Shown one piece after another: positions 36,829 through 46,628 of a DNA stretch of 64,000 nt. The notes under the pieces were generated by a model. That model was not told the origin of the DNA, searched no databases, and saw nothing but the letters and a program-made list of their open reading frames with translations. Both the position numbers and the translations under genes were made by a program. This stretch comes from an uncultured Micavibrio sp. (GTDB taxonomy: Bacteria; Pseudomonadota; Alphaproteobacteria; Micavibrionales; Micavibrionaceae), in NCBI GenBank assembly GCA_964400125.1, contig CAYNSR010000004.1:99391-163390 (forward strand), given 5' to 3'. Each line of letters opens with the position of its first letter. Positions within the stretch are counted from its first letter, which is position 1.

Positions 36829-36852
36829 TTGCAAGTGGCTCTTTCCTTGCAA
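36829..36852. promoter_or_regulatory. Inverted repeat TTGCAAG-N10-CTTGCAA in the kinase/asd divergent intergenic region
   Basis: Read directly from the sequence. Candidate regulator operator. Confidence 0.3.
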
Positions 36853-36898
36853 TACGGTCCAGTTTACGAGCTTGATCCAAAATAGTTAAGGATAGATT

Positions 36899-37909
36899 AT
36901 GGGCTACAAAGTTGCGATTGTCGGGGCCTCGGGGAATGTTGGCCGGGAATTTTTGACGATTTTGCATGAGCGGAATTTTCCGGTCGATTCTATTGCGGCA
37001 CTGGCTTCCGCGAATTCCGCCGGACGGGAGGTTTCTTTCGGGGATAATGACCTGAAAATCGAAAATCTTGCGGATTATGATTTCAAGGGGACGGACTTGG
37101 TCCTGTCGTCGGCGGGGGCGAAGGTGTCGGCTGAATTCGCGCCCCGTGCCGCCGCCGCCGGGGCGATTATTATAGACAACACCAGCCATTTTCGCATGGA
37201 CCCCGATGTGCCGCTGGTGGTGCCGGAGGTGAATCCGCAGGCAATAGCCGGATACAGGAAAAAGAACATCATCGCGAACCCCAATTGTTCGACCATCCAG
37301 ATGGTCGTGGCGCTCAAGCCGCTTCACGATGTGGCCAAAATCAGGCGTGTTGTCGTTTCGACCTATCAATCCGTGTCCGGTGCGGGCAAGGAAGCGATGG
37401 ATGAATTGTTCAGCCAGACGCGCGGCGTCTATATGAACAATACCCCGAACCCTTCCGTCTTTTCCAAGCAGATTGCTTTCAACGTCATCCCGCAGATTGA
37501 TGTATTCATGGAAGATGGCATGACGAAGGAGGAATGGAAAATCGCGGCGGAGACAAAGAAGATTCTGTCTCCATCCATTCGGGTTTGCGCCAGTTGCGTG
37601 CGTGTCCCTGTTTTCATCGGGCATGCGGAAATGGTCAATGTCGAGTTTGAATCAGAACTCGATGCCGATCAGGCCAAGAAATTGCTGGCGAAAGCGCCGG
37701 GCGTGACGCTGATCGATCTGGAAAGCGATATGGGTTACGTCACCCCGGCGGAGATCGCCGGGGAAGACGCCGTTTTCGTCAGCCGTGTGCGCGACGACCC
37801 GAGTGTTGATTATGGAATTAATTTCTGGTGCGTCAGCGATAATTTGCGTAAAGGCGCGGCCCTGAACGCGGTCCAGATTGCAGAAATTCTGGTGCGGGAG
37901 TATCTTTAG
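36899..37909 (+). CDS. asd: Aspartate-semialdehyde dehydrogenase
   Basis: VAIVGASGNVGRE NAD-binding motif and active-site NPNCSTI. Confidence 0.95.
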   Translation: MGYKVAIVGASGNVGREFLTILHERNFPVDSIAALASANSAGREVSFGDNDLKIENLADYDFKGTDLVLSSAGAKVSAEFAPRAAAAGAIIIDNTSHFRMDPDVPLVVPEVNPQAIAGYRKKNIIANPNCSTIQMVVALKPLHDVAKIRRVVVSTYQSVSGAGKEAMDELFSQTRGVYMNNTPNPSVFSKQIAFNVIPQIDVFMEDGMTKEEWKIAAETKKILSPSIRVCASCVRVPVFIGHAEMVNVEFESELDADQAKKLLAKAPGVTLIDLESDMGYVTPAEIAGEDAVFVSRVRDDPSVDYGINFWCVSDNLRKGAALNAVQIAEILVREYL

Positions 37910-37957
37910 CGCCTTGATCAAGGGGCTAAAGACCCCGTAACAGGAAGGGCATAGGAA

Positions 37958-38548
37958 ATGGCGGAGTCTGATTCGTCTGGGGATCTGCAACTTTACAACA
38001 GCGAAAAATGGCATGACAGCATCCGGATCGGGCGCGTCAAGATGCATGTCGCGATTTTCAAGGCTTATGCGGAATTGCATGATCTGGCCTCTATCATGGC
38101 AGCCCGCATGGACGAGGTTCTTGATAATGATGAACACCAGATGATCATGCGCGAAGCCGCAGAGCGCGGTTATGTCATGCCGGATGTCGAGGCGGTTCGC
38201 GCCCGGAACAACCTGCTCAAGCAGTTTCTGGCCGCCTCGGACCCGTGGGGCGAAGCCGAGATCCGGAACAGGATTATCCGTATCCCGGCAAAAACGGCCC
38301 GGGATATGCATATGGTGGCGCATCAATCCGCGCTCATGGTTGATGAGGTGTGCCGGAATATTCGTGAATCAGATTACATGTTGTTGTTCCGTAACCTCAA
38401 GCGGTTGGACGTACCCTATACGGGACCGACCAGTTTGCAGGAAATGTATAATGTCTGGGGTATGCTGGTGACCAGTACCGTGCGGCAGGCGCAGTTGGGG
38501 CCGGAGCGCAGCCACAGATTGCCCGTAAACTGGCTGAAACTGGTATAG
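37958..38548 (+). CDS. Hypothetical protein
   Basis: 196-aa ORF with an AGGAA SD. No recognisable motif. Confidence 0.5.
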   Translation: MAESDSSGDLQLYNSEKWHDSIRIGRVKMHVAIFKAYAELHDLASIMAARMDEVLDNDEHQMIMREAAERGYVMPDVEAVRARNNLLKQFLAASDPWGEAEIRNRIIRIPAKTARDMHMVAHQSALMVDEVCRNIRESDYMLLFRNLKRLDVPYTGPTSLQEMYNVWGMLVTSTVRQAQLGPERSHRLPVNWLKLV

Positions 38549-38627
38549 TTATCTTTTTTTAAAGATCGACTTGCTATACTTTTAGCTTGAAAAGACAATC
38601 CCCTGACAGGGGCTGCGGGCTTGTATT

Positions 38628-39902
38628 ATGGATTCGTTAAGGAATTTTCTGAAACTGCCTTCCTGGCTCGGGAATCTGCGCAAGGGAAACCCCGCGCTGT
38701 CCTTGACGGGGGCCTATATCGTCGCGCTTGTGATTATTGCGACCCTGACGATTTCGAGCCACTTCATTGTCTCCAACATTACGAAGAAGCAGATTGAAAG
38801 CGCCGAATTGTCTTTTTATATCGCCCGGCAGCGTACATTGTTGCAACAGACGATCATATACGCCAACAACTACTATAATTCAGATGCACAACTTGAAAGA
38901 GGATTCCTGAAGCAGGCTCTGGGCGCATTGTCCGGTGGCCATGCGCAGATGATGGACAGGGCGGGGAAGAAAAATTTCCTCGGTGCACCCGATAGTGAGG
39001 CTCTCTATAACGCCTATCACGGTGGACGCGCGTATGGCATGAACGATATTGAGAAGTTCGTATCCGCGATGCATAAATTTGAAATGACTGCGGTCGGGGA
39101 AGGCAAGGAAATCAGGAAGCGGGCGCTTGACGAAGCTTCAGGAATATCCCATTCCCTTATCAGGACATTCGATATCCTGCTGGAGGATTATCAGACCGAG
39201 ACGATTTTGAAGGTCAAAAAATCCTATGATCATCAGTTATGGACTGTTTTCGTTATCCTTCTGGTACTGCTGATCGAGGCAGTTTATATTTTCAATCCGC
39301 TGGTGAAGCGCATTCAGGAATACCACCAGATCCTGCTGCGCGAGGCGCTGGAAGATCACCTGACCGGGCTTTATAACCGTCGGGCGTTTCTGAAGCGTGC
39401 AGGTAGCGAGTTGAACAAGGCACGGCGCGATCAGACATCAGTGGCCGTCGTTTTAACGGATCTTGATCGTTTCAAGAGCGTGAACGACACCTATGGGCAT
39501 AATGTCGGCGATCTGGTGCTGAAGCGCTTTTCTGCGCTGGCGCAGAAATCTTTTCGCTCCGGCGATATCGTCGGCCGCATCGGTGGAGAGGAATTTGCCA
39601 TCCTGTTGCCGAATATGAAGCTGGAACAGGCGCAGCAGATTATCGAGCGCTTCCGGTTGCTGGTCAGTGAGAGCCCCTGTTCCTACAATGATGCAAGCGG
39701 AGAGACCAAATCTCTCAGTTTCTCGGCCAGTTTCGGCATGGTTGTGGTCACGGGAGGGGCGTGGACGATCGACAAGCTTCTGGCCGAGGCAGATGAGCGT
39801 TTATACGCGGCCAAACATGCCGGGCGAAATTGTCTGGTGGCGGACGTTCTTGCCTCACCGCCCGTGGCTGTGGAACAGGAACAGTCCGCAGCTTCCGCGT
39901 AA
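38628..39902 (+). CDS. Membrane diguanylate cyclase with PilJ/NarX-type periplasmic sensor region
   Basis: Two TM segments flank a helical sensor containing YIARQRTLLQQTIIYA (compare the PilJ N-domain GRQRMLSQR). GGDEF active site RIGGEEF. Confidence 0.8.
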   Translation: MDSLRNFLKLPSWLGNLRKGNPALSLTGAYIVALVIIATLTISSHFIVSNITKKQIESAELSFYIARQRTLLQQTIIYANNYYNSDAQLERGFLKQALGALSGGHAQMMDRAGKKNFLGAPDSEALYNAYHGGRAYGMNDIEKFVSAMHKFEMTAVGEGKEIRKRALDEASGISHSLIRTFDILLEDYQTETILKVKKSYDHQLWTVFVILLVLLIEAVYIFNPLVKRIQEYHQILLREALEDHLTGLYNRRAFLKRAGSELNKARRDQTSVAVVLTDLDRFKSVNDTYGHNVGDLVLKRFSALAQKSFRSGDIVGRIGGEEFAILLPNMKLEQAQQIIERFRLLVSESPCSYNDASGETKSLSFSASFGMVVVTGGAWTIDKLLAEADERLYAAKHAGRNCLVADVLASPPVAVEQEQSAASA

Positions 39903-40047
39903 AACCGGAGCTGGCTTTTCCGCCGGGGATGGCAAACTCTGTGCTTGCTCGCAGCCTGGAAGAATATGTCAAAATATTTCGGCTTTGAATTTCTCTTTTC
40001 CCTCCATAAGATAGGGCGATTTCAAACGCAGCCCGGTGACAATTCTT

Positions 40048-40449
40048 ATGACAACCGTTTCTCGAAAACCAGAACGTCCCCTTTCTCCGCATCTGCAGGT
40101 CTGGCGCTGGAGCCTGACCATGGCGCTGTCGATTTTGCACCGCGTGACCGGGGTTGCCTTGGTCGTGGGAACATTTGCCGTGATCTGGTTACTGCTGGCG
40201 GCGGCCACGGGAGAGGCAGCCTATGACCGCTTTGCCGGGATTGCGGCAAGCATGCCGGGACAGATTCTTCTCTTCGGGTGGACGGTGGCGTTGTTTTATC
40301 ATAGCTGCAACGGGGTCCGGCATCTGTTCTGGGATGTCGGTTGCGGTTATGAACTGAAAACCGCTTATAGAAGTGCCTATCTTGTTCTTGCGGTGACGGC
40401 GCTGCTGAGCGCAATTGTCTGGGTTCCTGTTCTTCTGGGGCGGGGGTAG
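40048..40449 (+). CDS. sdhC: Succinate dehydrogenase cytochrome b556 subunit
   Basis: RPLSPHLQVWRW signature, the heme His in SILHRVTG, and 3 TM segments. Confidence 0.85.
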   Translation: MTTVSRKPERPLSPHLQVWRWSLTMALSILHRVTGVALVVGTFAVIWLLLAAATGEAAYDRFAGIAASMPGQILLFGWTVALFYHSCNGVRHLFWDVGCGYELKTAYRSAYLVLAVTALLSAIVWVPVLLGRG

Positions 40450-40454
40450 ATGTT

Positions 40455-40850
40455 ATGAATGATCGCGAGCGCCATATTCTTCACCCCTTGCTCAAGGCCC
40501 GCGGCCTTGGCTCCGCCCGTGACGGGACGCATCAATGGATGCAGGAGCGCCTTTCCGGGCTGGTCAGTCTGCCGTTGATGCTGTGGCTGGTGTGGTCAGT
40601 CACGCATATGACGGATTGGGATTACCGGAGTTTTACTGAATGGCTGGGCCAGCCGGTCAATGCGGTATTGATGATATTGTCCGTCCTGAGCGTCTTTTAT
40701 CATGCGGCGCTTGGGATGCAGGTGGTTTATGACGATTATATACACCATCACGGTTTGCGTATGATGAAGGTTGTCGGCATGAAGCTGTTCTTTGCGGCTG
40801 CTGCCGTTGCATGCGTGTTTTCTGTTCTTAAAATAGCGTTCTCCGGTTAA
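40455..40850 (+). CDS. sdhD: Succinate dehydrogenase hydrophobic membrane anchor subunit
   Basis: Size, 3 TM segments and a position between sdhC and sdhA. The sequence contains the HH.G motif. Confidence 0.8.
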   Translation: MNDRERHILHPLLKARGLGSARDGTHQWMQERLSGLVSLPLMLWLVWSVTHMTDWDYRSFTEWLGQPVNAVLMILSVLSVFYHAALGMQVVYDDYIHHHGLRMMKVVGMKLFFAAAAVACVFSVLKIAFSG

Positions 40851-40859
40851 GGGGCGATC

Positions 40860-42650
40860 ATGACTAATTCCTATCAGATCATCGACCATGAATATGACGT
40901 TATCGTTGTCGGCGCTGGCGGCGCAGGGCTCCGTGCTACGTTCGGCATGGCGGAGAAAGGGCTGAAGACCGCCTGTATCACGAAAGTGTTTCCGACACGT
41001 TCCCACACGGTCGCGGCGCAGGGCGGGATTTCAGCCGCGCTGGGCAATATGGGTGAGGATGACTGGCGGTTTCATTTTTATGACACGATCAAGGGATCGG
41101 ACTGGCTCGGCGATCAGGACGCGATCGAATATATGTGCAAGGAAGCCATTCCGGCGATTATCGAACTGGAACATTACGGCGTCCCGTTCAGTCGCACGCC
41201 GGAAGGGAAAATTTACCAGCGCGCCTTTGGTGGCATGACCACCCATTACGGCAAGGGCACGGCCCAGCGTACCTGCGCTGCGGCTGATCGCACCGGGCAT
41301 GCTATTTTGCACACGCTGTACCAACAGGCGTTGAAGCACCGGGCGGAATTTTTTATTGAATATATCGCCCTTGATTTGATTATGGGTGATGCAGGTGAAT
41401 GTCTCGGCGTCATGGCGTGGAATTTGATGGACGGGACCATCCACCGTTTTCGCGGGCACCAGACAGTGTTGGCCACCGGTGGCTATGGTCGCGCCTATTT
41501 CTCTTGCACCTCCGCCCATACCTGCACTGGCGATGGAAACGCCATGGCGGCGCGCGCCGGGGTGCCATTGCAGGATATGGAATTTGTACAATTCCACCCT
41601 ACAGGAATCTACGGCGCTGGCTGCCTGATTACCGAAGGGGTGCGGGGCGAGGGCGGATATCTGACCAACAGCGAGGGCGAACGGTTTATGGAGCGTTACG
41701 CGCCATCGGCCAAGGATCTCGCCAGCCGGGATGTCGTCTCCCGGTCCATGACAATTGAGATCAGTGAAGGCCGTGGTGTCGGTGAACACAGGGACCATAT
41801 CCACCTGCACCTTGAACATCTCGATCCGGATATCATCCATTCCCGCCTGCCCGGGATTGCAGAATCGGCGCGGGTATTCGCCGGGGTCGATGTAACGCGC
41901 GAACCGATTCCGGTTTTGCCAACCGCGCATTACAACATGGGCGGCGTACCCACAAATTTGCGTACCGAGGTGTTAAACCCCAGTGCCACAGATCCCAATC
42001 GTGTCGTCCCCGGCCTGATGGCCATTGGTGAGGCGGCGTGTGTGTCGGTGCATGGGGCAAATCGGCTCGGCTCCAATTCCCTGCTCGATCTGGTGGTCTT
42101 TGGCCGTGCCGCGGCGATTCGCGCTGCGGAAACGGTGACGCCGGGGGCAAAACATAAACCGCTGGGCGCGGATACGGGCGACAGGGCGCTGGCCCGTTTT
42201 GATCGTTACCGGAACGCCTCCGGCTCGACGCCGACCGCGCATTTGCGTTTGTCCCTGCAACGGTCCATGCAAAACCATGCTGCCGTTTTCCGCACCGGCG
42301 AGACGTTGGCGGCGGGGTGTACTCTGGTACAAAACGCCTTTGCCGGACTCGGTCATGTGGGCATTACCGACAGGTCGATGATTTTCAATACCGATCTTGT
42401 GGAGATGCTGGAACTTGACAACCTGATGTATCAGTCGGTCGCGACCATCGAAAGCGCCCGCAACCGCACGGAAAGCCGCGGCGCGCATGCACGGGAAGAT
42501 TTCCCTGAACGTGATGATGTCAACTGGCTGAAGCATACGGTCGCCTGGGTTGACGACAAGGGCACCGCCACGATCGGCTACCGTCCGGTCATTCTGGATA
42601 CGTTGACGGATGAAGTCGAAGCGGTGCCGCCGAAGGCGCGGGTTTATTGA
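40860..42650 (+). CDS. sdhA: Succinate dehydrogenase flavoprotein subunit
   Basis: [14 protein letters not shown] and the covalent-FAD His in [10 protein letters not shown]. 596 aa. Confidence 0.95.
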   Translation: MTNSYQIIDHEYDVIVVGAGGAGLRATFGMAEKGLKTACITKVFPTRSHTVAAQGGISAALGNMGEDDWRFHFYDTIKGSDWLGDQDAIEYMCKEAIPAIIELEHYGVPFSRTPEGKIYQRAFGGMTTHYGKGTAQRTCAAADRTGHAILHTLYQQALKHRAEFFIEYIALDLIMGDAGECLGVMAWNLMDGTIHRFRGHQTVLATGGYGRAYFSCTSAHTCTGDGNAMAARAGVPLQDMEFVQFHPTGIYGAGCLITEGVRGEGGYLTNSEGERFMERYAPSAKDLASRDVVSRSMTIEISEGRGVGEHRDHIHLHLEHLDPDIIHSRLPGIAESARVFAGVDVTREPIPVLPTAHYNMGGVPTNLRTEVLNPSATDPNRVVPGLMAIGEAACVSVHGANRLGSNSLLDLVVFGRAAAIRAAETVTPGAKHKPLGADTGDRALARFDRYRNASGSTPTAHLRLSLQRSMQNHAAVFRTGETLAAGCTLVQNAFAGLGHVGITDRSMIFNTDLVEMLELDNLMYQSVATIESARNRTESRGAHAREDFPERDDVNWLKHTVAWVDDKGTATIGYRPVILDTLTDEVEAVPPKARVY

Positions 42651-42656
42651 ATCGTC

Positions 42657-43163
42657 ATGTTCAGGCATATCGTCGAAGGATGGTCGCAGGACAGCTACGA
42701 GGACGCGATTTTTTCTGCCATGCGCAAGGCTTCGGATTTTCTGAGCGGGACGCACGAGGTTCACATCTTCATCAGGGAATTATCCCATAGCGAGGAACGG
42801 GGTTACCACGCGGTTCTTGAACTGAGCAAGGAACCGATGAGTGTGCGTCTTGATCTTGATATGGAAGACGATCCCGCACACCGCAGCCGGGTCGATCTTG
42901 ATCGTCGCTTCCGTATCCTGCGGCGGCGGGAACATGACCATATGGATCATGTCGTGGCAGCGCATTTTGCAAAAATCGGAAAACCCGCGCCGCCCTGCCC
43001 AGTGCCGGATTTTATTCTGGCAGGAATGACAGATGTTTCCGTCGAAAATGATGAGGTTGAGGTGGCGTTCGACCATGCCTGTCATCCACGACCAGATCAT
43101 ACGGAGCCGGCACCTGTCCGTGCGCAGCATCCGCATCATGACGATGGTCCGGAGCCGGAATAG
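42657..43163 (+). CDS. Hypothetical protein with dodecin-like N-terminal domain and His/Asp-rich tail
   Basis: HIVEGWSQDSYEDAIFSAMRKASDFL...YHAVLEL resembles the dodecin fold signature. The 3' third overlaps a minus-strand ORF and has unremarkable third-position GC. Confidence 0.35.
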   Translation: MFRHIVEGWSQDSYEDAIFSAMRKASDFLSGTHEVHIFIRELSHSEERGYHAVLELSKEPMSVRLDLDMEDDPAHRSRVDLDRRFRILRRREHDHMDHVVAAHFAKIGKPAPPCPVPDFILAGMTDVSVENDEVEVAFDHACHPRPDHTEPAPVRAQHPHHDDGPEPE

Positions 43164-43363
43164 CCGCAGTGTTTCCGGTCCCGATGACAAACAGGTCTGT
43201 CAGGATTCCTGTTTCCGCGATCATGCGTTTTGCCGCCGGGAGTTGGTCTGCGGTAATGCATGCAGTGTCGCCGCAAAGCGCCGCGATTTTCAAAAGATAC
43301 CCGAGCCGATCCTGCGCCGGGGGATTCTGTTCTGCCATGGTCACACCCTTTGTTTTTTTGTTG

Positions 43364-43861
43364 TTACGAAAGCTCTTTTATAAAGAAAACCTCCCCGATG
43401 GAACTGTCCGGATTCGCCTGTAGCGTACCGATTTCTTTCAGGTTCATTTTGCGGATCGTCTCCAGGATTCTGGTGCGGTCCGTCTGGGTCGAAACCATCA
43501 GGCGGGTATAGCCGCGTTCCTTCAGGTTTTCGAGGCAGAATTCAATCAGTTGCCGCGCGATACCGCGGTCGCGCCAGGCCGGGGCGACATAAATCCACGA
43601 CAGCAGCGGCATCATCATCGGCCACAGACGGTTAATGGAGACATAGCCCACCGGATGATCTTTATCGGTGACGGCCAGAAAAATTTCGCCGGTTTCGATT
43701 CTTGCCCGGATCAGGGCGGATTTTTCGTGATCGCCACGGGAATCGGTCGGGTCTGTACAATCGAAGGCAAGGCAGATTTCAAAATCCTGCATTCCAGCCA
43801 GACGGGTGGTAATGGCTGGCAAGGTGTCTGCATCGGTTTCGATGGCTGCGTCGAGGGTCAT
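43364..43861 (-). CDS. GNAT family N-acetyltransferase
   Basis: YVAPAWRDRGIARQLIEFCLENLKERGY matches the acetyl-CoA binding motif A (R/Q-x-x-G-x-A). Confidence 0.75.
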   Translation of the reverse strand: MTLDAAIETDADTLPAITTRLAGMQDFEICLAFDCTDPTDSRGDHEKSALIRARIETGEIFLAVTDKDHPVGYVSINRLWPMMMPLLSWIYVAPAWRDRGIARQLIEFCLENLKERGYTRLMVSTQTDRTRILETIRKMNLKEIGTLQANPDSSIGEVFFIKELS

Positions 43862-44049
43862 TTCTGTTCATCCAGCTTGAGGACTCCACCGATCGCGTAA
43901 TCGTGTCGCGCCATATCGGAGAGAATGATTTTGACATGTTCCGGCGTGACATTGACACTCTCACAGATGGCGTCGGTCACTTTTTGAACCAGGGCGCGTT
44001 TCTGCTCGACGGTGCGGCCTTCGATCAGGTGGATCTGGACGATGGGCAT
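43858..44049 (-). CDS. 4-oxalocrotonate tautomerase family protein
   Basis: MPIVQIHLIEGRTVEQKRALVQKVTDAI has the catalytic Pro1. 63 aa. ATGA overlap with the GNAT gene. Confidence 0.8.
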   Translation of the reverse strand: MPIVQIHLIEGRTVEQKRALVQKVTDAICESVNVTPEHVKIILSDMARHDYAIGGVLKLDEQK

Positions 44050-44243
44050 GGTGCCTTTTCCCTTGTTTGCTGGTTGCATGGTGCTTGAAACGGGCAGTTT
44101 ACAGGATATTTTCCGGCAGGAGGACAAATTTTCCGCCGCTGACCCACGTTGATGCATAATATTGAAATAATATTTCTTTAATTGCCTGTTCAGTAATCGT
44201 TTAGTATCATGGAAGAAGACATTTTTGTAACGAGGATCTTTTT

Positions 44244-44555
44244 GTGACAGCCCCAGACACCCGTGCTCGCGCCATCCCGCACGAACAGTTTCATGAGGAA
44301 TGGAACCGTCGTGGCGGCGGCGGTCCGGAAGATGATGGCCCGGATCTGTTCCGCGTTTTCCGGCATCATGCCCAGACCGTGAGAAATGACGCCAAACGCC
44401 TGCTGCGCCCCTTATTGCCTGCTGCCGCCGACCAGACCGTGACCCCGGAGCTGGAGACATTCAACCGTATTGCCCGAGGCGGGTTCTGGGGAACCATGAC
44501 GGCGCTGCATGTTCTGGCAAGTTATAAAATCAGGCCGCTGCGCCGGGATATTTAA
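44244..44555 (+). CDS. Hypothetical protein upstream of sdhB
   Basis: GTG-initiated 103-aa ORF with high third-position GC by eye. No motif recognised. Confidence 0.4.
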   Translation: MTAPDTRARAIPHEQFHEEWNRRGGGGPEDDGPDLFRVFRHHAQTVRNDAKRLLRPLLPAAADQTVTPELETFNRIARGGFWGTMTALHVLASYKIRPLRRDI

Positions 44556-44651
44556 GCGCATTTAAATGTTATCCTGTTGTTTTCCTGCCTTCACAAAACG
44601 GCTGCGACCCCCTATCCTTGTAGACTGTATTTTGTATCAAGAGCGCATGTT

Positions 44652-45449
44652 ATGGCCAAGTTCACCCTGCCGCAAAACTCCAAAGTCAAATCCGGTCGCA
44701 AGGTTGATGCGGCGGAAAGGGATTCCCGGACCCGGAAAACGTTTGGCATTTATCGCTGGAATCCCGAGAGGGAAGAAAATCCGCGCATGGATGAATACAC
44801 GATCGATCTGTCGAAATGCGGGCCGATGGTGCTTGATGCGTTGATTTATATTAAGAATGAGGTCGATTCCTCCCTGACTTTCCGCCGTTCCTGCCGTGAG
44901 GGAATTTGTGGGTCATGTGCGATGAACATCGACGGTAAAAATACGCTCGCCTGCCTGAAGCCGATCGATGAATGTCAGGGGGATGTCAAGATTACGCCGC
45001 TTCCGCATTTGCCCGTCGTCAAGGATTTGGTCCCCGACCAGACACACCTGATCGCGCAGTACCAGACAGTTGAACCGTGGCTGAAGACGGAATCCCCGGC
45101 GCCATCGCGCGAACGGCTGCAAAGTCCGGAAGATGCAGACAGGCTGAACGGGTCGGATGGCAAGGGTCCGGCGGCCTGCATTCTGTGCTTTTGCTGTTCG
45201 ACCGCCTGCCCGAGTTACTGGTGGAACAGTGACAGGTTTCTGGGGCCGTCCGTGCTGATTAATGCGTGGCGGTGGTTGACGGATTCCCGTGACGAGGCAA
45301 AGGGGGAGCGTCTGGATCAACTCGAAGACCCGTTCCGCCTTTATCGTTGCCATACGATTATGAACTGCACAAATACCTGCCCCAAGGGATTGAACCCGGC
45401 GCAGGCTATTGGTGAAATCAAGAAAATGATGGTTGCCCGCAAGGGGTGA
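44652..45449 (+). CDS. sdhB: Succinate dehydrogenase iron-sulfur subunit
   Basis: [15 protein letters not shown] (2Fe-2S), [12 protein letters not shown] (4Fe-4S) and [12 protein letters not shown] (3Fe-4S). Confidence 0.95.
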   Translation: MAKFTLPQNSKVKSGRKVDAAERDSRTRKTFGIYRWNPEREENPRMDEYTIDLSKCGPMVLDALIYIKNEVDSSLTFRRSCREGICGSCAMNIDGKNTLACLKPIDECQGDVKITPLPHLPVVKDLVPDQTHLIAQYQTVEPWLKTESPAPSRERLQSPEDADRLNGSDGKGPAACILCFCCSTACPSYWWNSDRFLGPSVLINAWRWLTDSRDEAKGERLDQLEDPFRLYRCHTIMNCTNTCPKGLNPAQAIGEIKKMMVARKG

Positions 45450-45478
45450 TCGCAACGCGATACGATAAGGGGTTTTTT

Positions 45479-45898
45479 ATGCTATTACAGAGTTTTCCGT
45501 ACCTTGAAACCGTCCTCTCCGGGGTGCTGGCCTTTATTCTGGGCTTTATCTGGTATCATCCGAAGGTATTGGGAAAGCGCTGGATCGAGGCGCGCGGAAA
45601 AACAATCGAGGATATGCGGCGCAAACCGTTTCCGGTGCTGGTCTCGTTTGTATTGTGGATGCTGGCGTCGTGTTTTTATTCCTTCCTGATTTTGATTATG
45701 GGGTTGGATGCGACGATGGCGCTGGTTCTGCTGTCCTGTCTGTTATGGGTGGCCTTTGCCATGCCGCCAACGGTGATGGGGGCGTTTTATACCGGATACC
45801 CCTTCAACGCCGTTGCCATCGATAGCGCCTATCAGCTCGGCGGGTATTACCTGTTTGCGCTTACGCATATGCTTATTAGCGTGGTGATGGGCAGTTAA
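45479..45898 (+). CDS. DUF1761-like membrane protein
   Basis: Four TM segments. The N-terminal FILGFIWYHPKVLGKRW is typical of DUF1761. Confidence 0.55.
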   Translation: MLLQSFPYLETVLSGVLAFILGFIWYHPKVLGKRWIEARGKTIEDMRRKPFPVLVSFVLWMLASCFYSFLILIMGLDATMALVLLSCLLWVAFAMPPTVMGAFYTGYPFNAVAIDSAYQLGGYYLFALTHMLISVVMGS

Positions 45899-46569
45899 TC
45901 CTTCTTGTTCTTCAGTTCGTTTTTCAGGATGACACGCAGGTGCGGCTGGCCGCGCTCCCTTTCGTATTTTTCGTAATATTGCTGGTGATAATCCTCCGCT
46001 GGCCAGAAAACATCCGCCGGAACAACTTGGGTCACGATGGGGGCGGCATAGATTTTTTCTGCATTGATTCTGGCGATGGTTTCTTCCGCGATCCGTTTTT
46101 GTTCGTCATCATGATAGAATATGGCGGAGCGGTACTGCGTCCCTTCATCGACCCATTGCCGGTCAATCGTTGTCGGATTGTGCGCGTTGCGCAGAAAATG
46201 ATCGGTCAGGGCCTGAAAATCGGTTTTGGCAGGGTCGTAGAAGATTTCCACCGCTTCGGCGTGTCCGGTTTTCCCGGTCGTGACCATATCATAGGCCGGA
46301 TTGTCGACGGTGCCGCCCGTATATCCAGAGCGGGTGAAGACGACGCCTGGTTTATTGCGAAATTCACTTTCCAGACACCAGAAGCAGCCGCCGGCAAAGG
46401 TCGCTTTGGGAAGATTTTCAGGCATGATTTGCACCAGATCGGGGTTGTCGGGGAGACTTGTCACATCGACAGTCATCCGGATATTGCCGCCCGGACCAGC
46501 CGATGCAAACGCCGCCGCCAGAAGCACGGTGGCGGACAGAATTCCCAGAAAGCTTAGGCTTTTCATCAT
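45895..46569 (-). CDS. msrA: Peptide-methionine (S)-S-oxide reductase MsrA, exported form
   Basis: Signal peptide plus the GGCFWC active site. Confidence 0.9.
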   Translation of the reverse strand: MMKSLSFLGILSATVLLAAAFASAGPGGNIRMTVDVTSLPDNPDLVQIMPENLPKATFAGGCFWCLESEFRNKPGVVFTRSGYTGGTVDNPAYDMVTTGKTGHAEAVEIFYDPAKTDFQALTDHFLRNAHNPTTIDRQWVDEGTQYRSAIFYHDDEQKRIAEETIARINAEKIYAAPIVTQVVPADVFWPAEDYHQQYYEKYERERGQPHLRVILKNELKNKKD

Positions 46570-46628
46570 CGTGCCAATCCTTTACAAATGACCTAACGCT
46601 CAATCTGAAGAAAAAAAGGGGCATCAAT

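Noticed and set aside
38590-38612. CCCCTG-A-CAGGGG palindrome upstream of the membrane GGDEF gene, considered as a terminator
   Set aside because: The loop is too small for a stable hairpin and no T-run follows. It may be a protein-binding palindrome, but the evidence is insufficient.
43012-43344. 110-aa minus-strand ORF (MAEQNPPAQDRLGYLLKIAALCGD...)
   Set aside because: I did not list it as a feature because it overlaps the dodecin-like ORF by about 150 nt and I could not discriminate between the two by third-position composition. It is kept as an open question in the findings.
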